Source of the DNA: an uncultured Dehalococcoidales bacterium | Lineage (GTDB): Bacteria > Chloroflexota > Dehalococcoidia > Dehalococcoidales > UBA2162 | Direction: 5' to 3' | Length of the DNA stretch: 55,470 nucleotides | NCBI GenBank assembly: GCA_964606525.1 | Contig: CAZSHH010000003.1 | Coordinates: forward strand, 8,006 to 63,475 | Shown: piece after piece, positions 10,186 through 19,702 of the stretch | Numbering within the stretch: the first letter of the stretch is position 1 | Layout of the letters: every line of letters begins with the position of its first letter | The notes under the pieces: model-generated | The model's database searches: none | What the model was told of the DNA's origin: nothing | Seen by the model: only the letters and a program-made list of their open reading frames with translations | Made by a program: the position numbers and the translations under genes

Positions 10186-10626
10186 ATGAGAAAAATAATC
10201 TCGACAATTTTAGCAACAGTATTACTTATAAGTACATTAGTGTTGGCCGTATCTTGCGGCGGTGGCGGAGATAAAACGCCCAAACCAGGCATCATCAATG
10301 GTGGTGTTACATGGGTCGATCCAAATGGTGCAGTCGGAACTGCCGGGAATATCCCATTAGGTGGAGTAAATATCGCAGTGTGGGATGCCAGCGACCAGAA
10401 AGTATATACGGCAGTTTCCAAAGCCGACGGCATTTTTAATATCCAGGGCGTAGTACCAGGCACATACACGGTAACGGGCTGCGCTCCGGCAAGCGACCAG
10501 GATGCCAGTGAAAAAAGATGGATCACCAAGAATGTGGAAATCAAGTCGGAAAAGGTATCAAATGTAAATTTTGATTACCAGAACTCGGTGGGTGACCAAC
10601 TTCCGGCTAAGTATGTAACCGACTAA
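10186..10626 (+). CDS. lipoprotein with carboxypeptidase-regulatory-like beta-sandwich domain
   Basis: 146-aa ORF with SD GAAGGAG. Has a signal peptide with lipobox LAVSC and a GIFNIQGVVPGTYTVT motif typical of CarboxypepD_reg-like domains. Confidence 0.6.
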   Translation: MRKIISTILATVLLISTLVLAVSCGGGGDKTPKPGIINGGVTWVDPNGAVGTAGNIPLGGVNIAVWDASDQKVYTAVSKADGIFNIQGVVPGTYTVTGCAPASDQDASEKRWITKNVEIKSEKVSNVNFDYQNSVGDQLPAKYVTD

Positions 10627-10900
10627 GTATCGGCAATATACAGCTAACAAAAAATATATAGTCACTATATACAGTTGATCAATCCGGGCAGCCGCTTAAA
10701 TATATGTCATAAGCTCTGCCCGGATTTTTATTCTACCGAAGCAACCGGTGCCCTTCACAGCTTATGCTCAACCGCAGATATTTCGTTTTATACCAACACC
10801 TGTTAAGTCAAATTCAAGTAGAGCGTTTTCACAGCCGTTTTAAACTCACTTTTCCAAATTATTACCCCGGAATTACATTACATATGCGTAATGTAAAATG

Positions 10901-10940
10901 AAAAAAGAGAACCCGCCGTTATACGGCGGGTTCTCTTTTT
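10901..10940. terminator. bidirectional rho-independent terminator
   Basis: 12-bp perfect stem GAGAACCCGCCG / CGGCGGGTTCTC (10907..10918 and 10924..10935) with loop TTATA. It is flanked by an A-run 5' and a T-run 3', and sits between convergent genes. Confidence 0.75.
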
Positions 10941-10960
10941 CAACTTAATATACTAATTGA

Positions 10961-12805
10961 TTATTTATAACCAGATTTAGATTTTAGAGCCTTGTCAATC
11001 CAGACGTACTTGGCCCAACCACCGGCACTGTTGAGGATACCACAAGCAGATTCGCCATGGTAGTTCTTGAGCCAGGGCTGCCACATCATATACCCGTTCT
11101 GGGCCGGAGTGCTGATGATATAGCACTCTTCATAGATGATTGCCATGAGGTCTTTGTGGATCTGGGCGCATCCAGCGTCATCACCGGCATTGAAGGCCTT
11201 CAGCATATCGTCCTTGCCACTTTCCAGGCGGCTGTCGACGATGTAGCTGATGTTGTAACCACCACCGGAACCCTGGGTGGAGACCATGGTGCGGAAGGTA
11301 CCCGGGCTGGCGAAGCCGGCAAAGAACATATCTTCGTAATCACGGGAATACCAACGGTTGTTGTAAACACCGAGTTCCAGAGGGATGATTTCGATATCGA
11401 CGTTAATCTTGGTCCACATATCTGCAATGATGGAGAGGTAGTCGACGTTGGCTTCATTATTCTGGGTATAAATCGTGGCGCTGAAGCCATCCGGATAACC
11501 GGCTTCGGCTAACATTTCCTTGGCTTTGGTAGGATCATATTTATAGAGGTCCTGAATCTCAGCCGAGGCATCTTTAAGCTGCAGGTAGTTGTCCTTAAGG
11601 TCAGGTAGGGGTGAGATGGGGGCAGTGGGATACAGGGCTTGCCCTTCATATAAGTCATTGACGATAGTCTCGTAGTCGACAGCCTTGGTGAGAGCCTGGC
11701 GTACCAGTTTCTTGCTGTAAGGCGAATCGGCTTTATCGGTCCGCATATGGATATGACCGGGAGCCGTGGAAGCTTCGATCACGAAAGACTGCATGTCTTT
11801 TCTGGTATTAAGGATAGTCTTAGAATCATCGATACCCTGAGTCCAGGCCAAGGTATCGACCTTGCCGGTGCGCAGGGCAGCTAAATACGTGGAACTGTCA
11901 GTGATGATGAAATACTTGACACCATCAGTGTAAGGCAGTTTATCACCTTTACCGGGACCGATGGGGTTGGTGTCCCAGTAATTGTCATTCTTGACGAAGG
12001 TCATGGTGCTGCCGGAAACGAAGTCTTTCAGGATGTAGGCACCAGTGCCATGGGCATGCCGCCAATCCTTCATATCGCCCCATTTGTCGATGACTTCTTT
12101 AGCGATTACACCGTTCCAGTCGACACCGATCTGGGCGAATTGGTAGATGGAATCAGCATCATCGGGGACAACAAAGTCGACGGTGTATTTGTCGGTAGCT
12201 TTAATAGTGAGGTTCTTGGTGAAATAGGGATGGGCATAATAGATGTAGGATTCGGGGGTGGTACAAAGACGATTGTAGCTGTAGGCGATGTCTTCGGCGG
12301 TCACTTCACGGCCACCGACTAATGTACTGGCTTCATTGGTAGTATCGACCCAGAAATTTACGCCTTTGCGTACTTTTAAGACCATGTGATTAGGGGCGAC
12401 GAATTCCCAGCTCTCGCAAAGTTGACCTGCTTTGGAGCTCCAGTTGTAAATACCGTCGAGAGTCCAGGTCCACTGTTTGGAACCGTAGCCGCCGGCCCAA
12501 CCCTGGGTCCAGTCACCGCTGAGCATTTCGTCTTCGGTGAGATGGCAAGGCCAGCACCACCAGGGAGCAGAATAGCCTTCGTCGAAGCTATTAGGATCCC
12601 CGTTTGCCCACAGATTAAGAATGCCACCATACTGTGGTTTATCGGATACCGGATCGGTCGTAGTCGGCTTGGTGGTAGCCGTAGTGGTTCCTGTGGATGG
12701 CTTGGTGGTCGTTGTGGTTTCACCATTCCCGCCACAGGATGTTACCAGTAAAGCTAATAACATAGCAATAGCCATTACCGGCAACATGCGCTTGAAACCG
12801 TGCAT
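10961..12805 (-). CDS. ABC transporter substrate-binding lipoprotein, family 5 (peptide/nickel type)
   Basis: 614-aa ORF with SD AAAGGAGG. Has lipobox LLVTSCGG, a Thr-rich linker and the family-5 style core PQYGGILNLW...DPNSFDEGY. It is a close paralog of 13139..14968. Confidence 0.85.
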   Translation of the reverse strand: MHGFKRMLPVMAIAMLLALLVTSCGGNGETTTTTKPSTGTTTATTKPTTTDPVSDKPQYGGILNLWANGDPNSFDEGYSAPWWCWPCHLTEDEMLSGDWTQGWAGGYGSKQWTWTLDGIYNWSSKAGQLCESWEFVAPNHMVLKVRKGVNFWVDTTNEASTLVGGREVTAEDIAYSYNRLCTTPESYIYYAHPYFTKNLTIKATDKYTVDFVVPDDADSIYQFAQIGVDWNGVIAKEVIDKWGDMKDWRHAHGTGAYILKDFVSGSTMTFVKNDNYWDTNPIGPGKGDKLPYTDGVKYFIITDSSTYLAALRTGKVDTLAWTQGIDDSKTILNTRKDMQSFVIEASTAPGHIHMRTDKADSPYSKKLVRQALTKAVDYETIVNDLYEGQALYPTAPISPLPDLKDNYLQLKDASAEIQDLYKYDPTKAKEMLAEAGYPDGFSATIYTQNNEANVDYLSIIADMWTKINVDIEIIPLELGVYNNRWYSRDYEDMFFAGFASPGTFRTMVSTQGSGGGYNISYIVDSRLESGKDDMLKAFNAGDDAGCAQIHKDLMAIIYEECYIISTPAQNGYMMWQPWLKNYHGESACGILNSAGGWAKYVWIDKALKSKSGYK

Positions 12806-13081
12806 AAGAAATTGCCTCCTTTCTTTTTTTCCCCTGCTAAGCCGGATTATTCAAGTTAATGATTAAATAGCCCGGCTGTTAAGCACCAGCTTAATCTTAA
12901 GCATCAGCTTAAGAATTTGACCGCAATAATCGCTGTTAATTTCTTTCGAATATTAACAGTGCGCTTGTTATTACGATCAACGGCAAAATAACTTCACAGG
13001 ACGCCCAAACAGGTCGCCCCAGATTGACGATACTACCACTAAAAAACGGGGATGTCAATCCATATACATATATGACTTAAT

Positions 13082-13120
13082 AAAAAAGAGCCCGCCATTT
13101 ACCCGGCGGGCTCTTTTTTT
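13082..13120 (-). terminator. rho-independent terminator
   Basis: 9-bp stem GAGCCCGCC / GGCGGGCTC (13088..13096 and 13105..13113). A- and T-runs lie on both sides, directly downstream of the stop of the SBP gene. Confidence 0.7.
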
Positions 13121-13138
13121 ACTAAGAAGAAATATCCT

Positions 13139-14968
13139 TTATTTGCCTTTGGAAGCTTTCAGATCCTGATCGATCCAGACCCATTTGGACCAACCGTAGT
13201 TGTTCAGGATACCGACGGCGGTTTCGCCATGATAGTTCTTGAGCCACGGCTGCCATAGATAGCTGCCGGTCTGGCCCGGGGTATGGATCACATAGGCATC
13301 CTCATAGATATAACCACAGAGTTCCCGGTGGATAGCATCGCAGCCAGCTTCATCGCCGCTAGCGAAAGCTTCCAGCATGCGGGACTTGCCATCTTCCAGG
13401 CGGCTGTCGATGATATAACTGATGTTATAGCCACCGCCGCTACCCTGGCTGGAAACCATAGAACGGTAGGTACCGGCACTAGCGGCACCAGCGAAGAACA
13501 TATCCTCGTAGTCACGGGAATACCACCGGTTATTATAGACACCGATTTCGAGAGGGACTATCTCCAGGTTAACATTTATCTGGGACCACATATCGGCAAT
13601 GATGGCCAGATAATCAACGTTAGCTTCATTATTCTGGGTGTAGATAGTGGCATTGAAGCCATCGGGATAACCTGCTTCAGCTAACATCTGTTTGGCTTTA
13701 GCGGTATCGAATACGTACAGGTCCTTAGTGGCCGCAGAAGCTTCGTCCAAAGAAAGATACGCATTCTTTAAGTCGGGTAGTGGAGCGATGGGGAAGCTGG
13801 GATATACCGCTTTCCCTTCGTAAAGATCGTTAACAATAGCGTCATAGTCGATAGCCCTGGTAAGAGCCTGGCGTACCATTTTCTTGCCCCAGGGTTGATC
13901 GGTTTTGTCAGTCCGCATAAAGATATGGCCGTTGATCAAGGCACCCGGGATTTCCAATTTCTGGATATCTTTTACGGTGCTGGTAATGGTCTTGGTATCG
14001 TCGATACCCAGCGGCCAGGCTTCGGTATCGATCTTGCCGGTGCGCAAAGCGGACAAGGCAGTGGAACTATCGGCGATGATGTAGACCTTGACACCATCGA
14101 CATAAGGAAGTTGATCGCCTTTACCGGGGCCGATGGGATTGGTATCCCAGTAATTGGGGTTGCGGTCGAAGGACAGGGTACTGCCGGAGACATAGTCTTT
14201 CAACAGAAAGGCACCGGTACCATGGGCATGCTTCCAGTCTTTCATATCGCCATACTGGTCGATAACTTCCTGGGCGATAACGCCGTTCCAGTCAACCACG
14301 ATCTGGGCCATCTGATAGATGGAGTCGGCATCATCCGGAACTACCACATCAATCGTATATTTATCCGTAGCTTTAAAAGTGAGGTTCTTGGTGAAGTAAG
14401 GATGGGCATAATAGATATAGGATTCCGGGGTCGTGCACAGACGGTTGTAGCTGTAGGAAATATCTTCAGCCGTCATTTCACGGCCGTTGACCAACCGGCT
14501 GGCCTCATTGTCAGTATCCACGCTGAAGTGAACGCCCTGACGAACCTTAAAAATATAGTGATTGGGAGTGACAACTTCCCAACTCTCACACAACGAACCT
14601 TTTTTAGAAACCCAATTATATACACCGTCCAGGGTCCAGGTCCAGGCATTAGTGCCATAACCCCCCGCATAACCCTGTGTCCAGTCACCGTTCAACATTT
14701 CATCTTCGGTGAGATGGCAAGGCCAGGTCCACCAGGGTGCGGAATACCCCTCATCGAAGCTATTGGGATCATTGCTGGCATAGAGATTAAGAATCCCGCC
14801 ATATTGAGGTTTTTCACTGGATACCGTGGTGGTAGCCGCCGGCGTAGTCGAGCCAGCGGGTTTAGTAGTATTGGTAGTGGTCGTGGTCTCTGATTGACCG
14901 CACGCGGCCAACAGAATGACCATAATCGTCCCGATTAGTACTAACGAGACACGCTTAATACCGATCAA
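13139..14968 (-). CDS. ABC transporter substrate-binding lipoprotein, family 5 (paralog 2)
   Basis: 609-aa ORF with a TTG start 5 nt after TAGGAGGT. Has lipobox LLAACGQ and a Thr-rich linker. Long identical runs are shared with 10961..12805 (e.g. RLCTTPESYIYYAHPYFTKNLT). Confidence 0.85.
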   Translation of the reverse strand: MIGIKRVSLVLIGTIMVILLAACGQSETTTTTNTTKPAGSTTPAATTTVSSEKPQYGGILNLYASNDPNSFDEGYSAPWWTWPCHLTEDEMLNGDWTQGYAGGYGTNAWTWTLDGVYNWVSKKGSLCESWEVVTPNHYIFKVRQGVHFSVDTDNEASRLVNGREMTAEDISYSYNRLCTTPESYIYYAHPYFTKNLTFKATDKYTIDVVVPDDADSIYQMAQIVVDWNGVIAQEVIDQYGDMKDWKHAHGTGAFLLKDYVSGSTLSFDRNPNYWDTNPIGPGKGDQLPYVDGVKVYIIADSSTALSALRTGKIDTEAWPLGIDDTKTITSTVKDIQKLEIPGALINGHIFMRTDKTDQPWGKKMVRQALTRAIDYDAIVNDLYEGKAVYPSFPIAPLPDLKNAYLSLDEASAATKDLYVFDTAKAKQMLAEAGYPDGFNATIYTQNNEANVDYLAIIADMWSQINVNLEIVPLEIGVYNNRWYSRDYEDMFFAGAASAGTYRSMVSSQGSGGGYNISYIIDSRLEDGKSRMLEAFASGDEAGCDAIHRELCGYIYEDAYVIHTPGQTGSYLWQPWLKNYHGETAVGILNNYGWSKWVWIDQDLKASKGK

Positions 14969-15328
14969 TTGTTACCTCCTATATATTCCACTAAGCCCAA
15001 CGCGCAGGCACGGTTTCAAGTACTGCGCGTTGGACGTAGCTACAAAGAGAAAAGTGGACAGCAACAGGGAACAAACAAGCATCCAGCTTATCATCCCGCG
15101 TCCTTGGAACTGATTCGAGGAGACGTGATACCATTCTCAATCAACACAACATCCAGACAAGATAACACATTATATATCTAATATGATGTCTACTACGATA
15201 TCTTATATGATATCGATAATGATATTTTAGCACCAGTTACGGGAAAAAAGCAAGCGGGAAAAATAAACTGCAGCATGGTAAAAAGGTGGACAGGATAATG
15301 TTATGAAAGAAGGCGCAGTCCGTTTTTA

Positions 15329-16573
15329 TCAGGGATGATACTGCCGTACAATTTCAGCGACGGCACGAACATTTTCAATCCTGGCCTCATCGGGAATACC
15401 GACATCACCGTTGATTATCAAACCACCACCCTTCCCTACCACATCGATCAGCTTCCGGCAGTAAGCTCTAACCTGGTCAGGCCTGCCGCCGATCATCATC
15501 GAGGAAGGAACGCCCCCTTCGATACAAACTGTATCACCCAGGACCGCTTTCGCTTTAAAGAGATCGGTACGCTCAAACCAATAAACGGCTTTACCGCGGG
15601 GAATATCCTTAATGATTTCCAGGCGGGAAGTACAATCGCCTTCAAAAAGGGGATTGGGTGTGAAACCAGCCTCGATACAGGCCAGCATAAGTTTCTTAAG
15701 TGAAGGCCAGTAGAAGGTCATAAACTGCTTGGGCGACATAAAGCCATCGAGCCCTTTATGGAGCGGGATAAACACCCGGTTGGCTCCTGTAGTTTTACTG
15801 ACCGAGATGGCCTGGTCGATCAAGGCCGGTAAGGCTTTATCGACAGCGGCCAGCAACTTATCCGGATTGCGGTACATATCGAGCATGATGCCATGGGTAC
15901 CGCGAAAAAAATCACCGATATAGTCGAACGGGGCATAGGTTGAGGAAACAAACTGGCGGGGGAAGCCCCGGTGCTCCATTGCCCGGGTCAAATCACCCGC
16001 AGCAGCAATCATTTTCTGGGCTTCCTGGCCGGCTTTTATCAAAGATGCCAAAGCACCGGCGACCTCCGGGCGGCCGAAGACGGAGACATAAGAAGGCATC
16101 CGGGTATACCAGGCCCAACTCAGCGGTCGCAGCCGCTGCAGCGGCTGGAGGGCGCCCCAGGCACGGCCGGAAAAGCGGCGGAGGAGAAAGTCTGAAGGAT
16201 CATCGAGGAAGGCATCATATTCCTCAACCTTCATATATTCACCCTCGACAAACTGGTAAGTGACCTCAGGTTTGCCACCGTGGCCGGGCCAGACCAGCTG
16301 TTTATAATCAAGTATCTCTAAAGTTGGCGCCCAGGCAAGGAGACGGAAAGTATCGGGAAAATTATCCGGCTGGAAATCATTCATGAATTTAATCATGGCA
16401 GCGGACAATTTGGCATAATCGTGCATTGCTTCGGCAAAGCCAAGTCCGGCATATATTACCGGGAAATAGGTCACAAAAGGAGCGAAAGCAACCCGTGCGG
16501 ACGGCCGCAAGGCGACCGCGTCCTGGATCCTCTTCACACGTTCCTGAAACAGTTCTTCCGGACGTTCGTCCAT
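15329..16573 (-). CDS. uroporphyrinogen-decarboxylase (URO-D) fold family protein, function unknown
   Basis: 414-aa ORF with SD AGGAGGT. The C-terminal block GKGGGLIINGDVGIPDEARIENVRAVAEIV resembles the URO-D / MtaA-type TIM-barrel end. It is a paralog of 39778..41109. Confidence 0.65.
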   Translation of the reverse strand: MDERPEELFQERVKRIQDAVALRPSARVAFAPFVTYFPVIYAGLGFAEAMHDYAKLSAAMIKFMNDFQPDNFPDTFRLLAWAPTLEILDYKQLVWPGHGGKPEVTYQFVEGEYMKVEEYDAFLDDPSDFLLRRFSGRAWGALQPLQRLRPLSWAWYTRMPSYVSVFGRPEVAGALASLIKAGQEAQKMIAAAGDLTRAMEHRGFPRQFVSSTYAPFDYIGDFFRGTHGIMLDMYRNPDKLLAAVDKALPALIDQAISVSKTTGANRVFIPLHKGLDGFMSPKQFMTFYWPSLKKLMLACIEAGFTPNPLFEGDCTSRLEIIKDIPRGKAVYWFERTDLFKAKAVLGDTVCIEGGVPSSMMIGGRPDQVRAYCRKLIDVVGKGGGLIINGDVGIPDEARIENVRAVAEIVRQYHP

Positions 16574-16743
16574 GGGGATACCTCCTGGTTACATGGAAGG
16601 TTATTCTGCCGGCCGTAGTGTTGCCGGTTCATCATTCAAATGCAGTATTATTCAGGCGTAATAATGAATTCTATCATACACGAGGGTAATATTGAACCGT
16701 CCGAAACTAAATTGTAACCTCCGGGAAATGAATCAGACAACAA

Positions 16744-16787
16744 TAAAAAACCGGGACCGAGGCGGCCGTTTTCCGCCTCGGTCCCGG
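16744..16787 (-). terminator. rho-independent terminator
   Basis: 15-bp perfect stem CCGGGACCGAGGCGG / CCGCCTCGGTCCCGG (16751..16765 and 16773..16787), followed on the minus strand by TTTTTTATT. Confidence 0.75.
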
Positions 16788-16848
16788 ACAGGCATTGCCC
16801 ATATTTTCCTGTTTCCGCCCTGGCCTTCCGGGGCGGATTGATTATGAA

Positions 16849-18666
16849 CTAGCGGCCCATGGACTTCTTCAACGCCTGGTCGATCCAGACATAGCGGACC
16901 CAGGAATCGCCGGAGAAGTAACCGACACTGAGTTCACCGGAATAATTCTTAAGCCACGGCCACCACATCACGGTCTGGGGGTAGCGGGGGGCGGGGAGGC
17001 AGTAAGCCTGGTCAAGCAAGTATTTCATCAGTTCCCGGGTAATCTTCATCGCACCATTAAAATCAGATACCGCTGCAGCCTGGGATTCAGCTACCTTCTC
17101 CTCGATATAGGGATCGTTTACCTTGGCAGCATTCACCCAGTTATTGATATTAGAATAGTTCGCCTGTTCCGGCCAGGTGGAGGGCGGGGCATAGAAGAGG
17201 GCGAACAACTGCTCATAGCTGGCAGCGAAAGCGATAGGGATAATGGAACCGCTTTCTTTCGGTTCCAGCGTTAAATCGATACCTGCCTGTGCCCACTGCC
17301 CTTTGATAATGGAATAATAATCAACCTCTTTTTCAGTATTGGTGAGGATGATAGAGGTTTTCAAGCCATTGGGATAACCGGCTTCAGCCAGCAGGGCTTT
17401 TGCTTTTTCCGGATTATAAGTAAAGAGCTCCTTGATGGTATCCGGACAATCCGGGTCGTTCAAGCCAAGATAGATATCGTGATAGGCGACAGTATCCCAG
17501 GTAGGCCAACTCAGTATTTGTCCAAGGCCTCGATACAGGCTATCATTGATTGCTTCAAAATCAGTAGCCATAAACAGGGCGCGGCGGACTTTAATATCGG
17601 TGAAAGGCTCCTTGTCGACCCGGATATAGGCCGGGCTGACGCTCCAGGTGGCGGCCGGGGCACTCTTTAATTCGGCAGCACTCTTCAACATCTGTTCGGC
17701 ATCTTCCGGATCGAAACCACCACGCATATCGAGTTTGGCAGTACGTAAAGCAGCTTCCTGAGTCGACAAATCCACCAGGATAAAATACTTAACATTATCG
17801 ATATACGGCAGTTGACTACCTTTCCCCGGCCCGATGGGGTCTTTCATCCAGTACTTGTCATTTTTTTTCAGGGAGACCATGCTGCCGGAAACATAGTCGG
17901 TAATGATGTATGGGCCGGTACCGACATCGTTCTTGGGATCATTCATGGCCGCCCCATATTTATCATAGACTTCTTTGGGATAAATGATAGTCAGGCCGAG
18001 GACACGCATCGAGGCTGCCAGATGATCCTTAAAGGGGAGTGTCATTTGAAGTTCCCAGGGGCCGGTCTTTTCAACATAGAGGCCTCTTGTCGTCGGGAAC
18101 AGCTTATAGTTCATCGAATCGGGATTATTATGAAATTCATCCATGCAGAATTTCACGTCGTCGGCAGTCACTTCACGGCCGGCGACGAGGCGGCTGGCAG
18201 CGTTATCCGGGTCAAGGGCAAAATTAATACCCTGGCGGACTTTAATGGTAGTAACGACTTCCTGCTTTTCCGCGTTCACGACCCAGGAAATGTCTTCGGC
18301 AACAATACCCACGTTAAGGTCAGGAATATTGGTGCTTTCCGACCAGGTAAATTCCTTCGTCCCATACCCCCCGGCATTACCCCGGGTCCAGTCGCCATCC
18401 CAGAGATATTCGTGACTCTGCAGGTGAGGCCAGGCTTTACCAAGCTGCAGCAGATCGAAAGTTGGTTCGGCACCCAACAGCAGGGAAATTGAGCCACCAT
18501 ACTGGGGTTGGGTTTTATCAGGAACGGTAGTGACCGGTTTCGTAGTGGGCACGGTCGTAACCGGTTTCGTAGTCGTAGTTTCTGCCGGTTCACTAGTGCA
18601 ACCAGCCATCAGGAGTAATACGACAACCAGGAAACAGGCAAAGAAAAATAGTGTCTTCTTTATCAT
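16849..18666 (-). CDS. ABC transporter substrate-binding lipoprotein, family 5 (paralog 3, divergent)
   Basis: 605-aa ORF with SD AAGGAGGG. Has lipobox LMAGCTS, a linker with a tandem 9-aa repeat TTKPVTTVP x2 (27-nt period near 18533..18586) and a PQYGGSISLL core. Confidence 0.85.
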   Translation of the reverse strand: MIKKTLFFFACFLVVVLLLMAGCTSEPAETTTTKPVTTVPTTKPVTTVPDKTQPQYGGSISLLLGAEPTFDLLQLGKAWPHLQSHEYLWDGDWTRGNAGGYGTKEFTWSESTNIPDLNVGIVAEDISWVVNAEKQEVVTTIKVRQGINFALDPDNAASRLVAGREVTADDVKFCMDEFHNNPDSMNYKLFPTTRGLYVEKTGPWELQMTLPFKDHLAASMRVLGLTIIYPKEVYDKYGAAMNDPKNDVGTGPYIITDYVSGSMVSLKKNDKYWMKDPIGPGKGSQLPYIDNVKYFILVDLSTQEAALRTAKLDMRGGFDPEDAEQMLKSAAELKSAPAATWSVSPAYIRVDKEPFTDIKVRRALFMATDFEAINDSLYRGLGQILSWPTWDTVAYHDIYLGLNDPDCPDTIKELFTYNPEKAKALLAEAGYPNGLKTSIILTNTEKEVDYYSIIKGQWAQAGIDLTLEPKESGSIIPIAFAASYEQLFALFYAPPSTWPEQANYSNINNWVNAAKVNDPYIEEKVAESQAAAVSDFNGAMKITRELMKYLLDQAYCLPAPRYPQTVMWWPWLKNYSGELSVGYFSGDSWVRYVWIDQALKKSMGR

Positions 18667-18903
18667 TAATTCCCTCCTTAACCAACCGGTCTACTATATT
18701 AACATAACTTTCCCGACCGGCAGTCCAATAATCCGTCGTTACGGACCAAAGCAGCAAACAGAAACAAGTAATATAGGACACGGAAAGTATATCTGAGGTG
18801 GAGTAAAAATCACGAAAAGGTAAATATAAGGTGTTGATGAACCTGAAATATCACCTCCTTTTTCAACTTTAAAATGATGTAAATCACATCCTTCGTATCA
18901 AAG

Positions 18904-19614
18904 CTAGGCCACGGGAGACTCGATTTCCGGGGCGATGTATATTTTGTTCAAGCGATAACCGAAGCCGCGCTCATTCACAATAAAACGGCCTTCCGTACCG
19001 TGTTCCAGTTTCTTACGCAAACGGTAGATATAAGTCTTAAGTAGATTGGAATCGCCACGGTACTCAGCACCCCAGACATGTTCCAGCAGGTCATCCTGAT
19101 TTACCAGGTGTCCTTCATCACGGGCCAGTTTCGCAAGGAGTTCATATTCAATGGGGGTAAGTTTGACCCGCTCCCCGAATAGAAAGACTTCGCGGGTATC
19201 CAGGTATATTTTCAAGCCATTAAAGACTGCAATGTGGCCTTCCATATTGGAGTTCATCCGCCGTAATACCGCCCCACACCGGGCAAGGAACTCGATCAGG
19301 TTATAAGGCCGGATAATATACTCATCAGCCCCGGCTTCGAGCCCAAAAGCCCGTTCCTCACCACTTTCGTTCTCACCCAGGACGAGCAGGGGAATCTGGA
19401 AATACCGCCGAAGCGATTTAATCAACTCAACGGCGTCTTTTCCAGAAGAGTTGGAATGCAGGACGATCATATCAGGCCGGTATTGCCTGACCCCTTCGGG
19501 AATCTGAATACTGCAGCCACGGCGAGTAATAACCGCCCCGGGATACCTGATACGCAAAGACATGGAGATTTCGTCGGCAGTTTTCTCGTTATCCCCAATC
19601 AAGAGAACTTCCAT
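18904..19614 (-). CDS. OmpR-family winged-helix regulator with degenerate (pseudo-)receiver domain
   Basis: The C-terminal wHTH (LTPIEYELLAKLARDEGHLVNQDDLLEHVWG ... YIYRLRKKLE ... GFGYRL) is canonical. The receiver lacks the phospho-acceptor Asp (see finding). SD CAGGAGG abuts the TTG at 19620, so the ATG at 19614 is preferred. Confidence 0.8.
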   Translation of the reverse strand: MEVLLIGDNEKTADEISMSLRIRYPGAVITRRGCSIQIPEGVRQYRPDMIVLHSNSSGKDAVELIKSLRRYFQIPLLVLGENESGEERAFGLEAGADEYIIRPYNLIEFLARCGAVLRRMNSNMEGHIAVFNGLKIYLDTREVFLFGERVKLTPIEYELLAKLARDEGHLVNQDDLLEHVWGAEYRGDSNLLKTYIYRLRKKLEHGTEGRFIVNERGFGYRLNKIYIAPEIESPVA

Positions 19615-19702
19615 CAGCAACCTCCTGGCCAGGAGTATCCGTAGTACCTACTTAATGATACATAATAAAATGCCTTTCGTTCAGGTTACTTAATATTTCC
19701 TA

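Noticed and set aside
13895-14893. A 332-aa plus-strand ORF, the longest of many antisense ORFs in the track.
   Set aside because: It lies entirely antisense to the well-supported SBP gene 13139..14968. The sequence is low-complexity and Gly/Ile/Asp-rich, with no SD or motif. Such mirror ORFs are typical of GC-rich coding regions. The same reasoning applies to 17812..18492, 11057..11512 and similar ORFs.
18533-18586. A tandem repeat with a 27-nt period inside SBP3.
   Set aside because: It only encodes two copies of the Thr/Pro linker unit TTKPVTTVP after the lipobox. This is ordinary low-complexity linker expansion, not a regulatory or CRISPR-like repeat.
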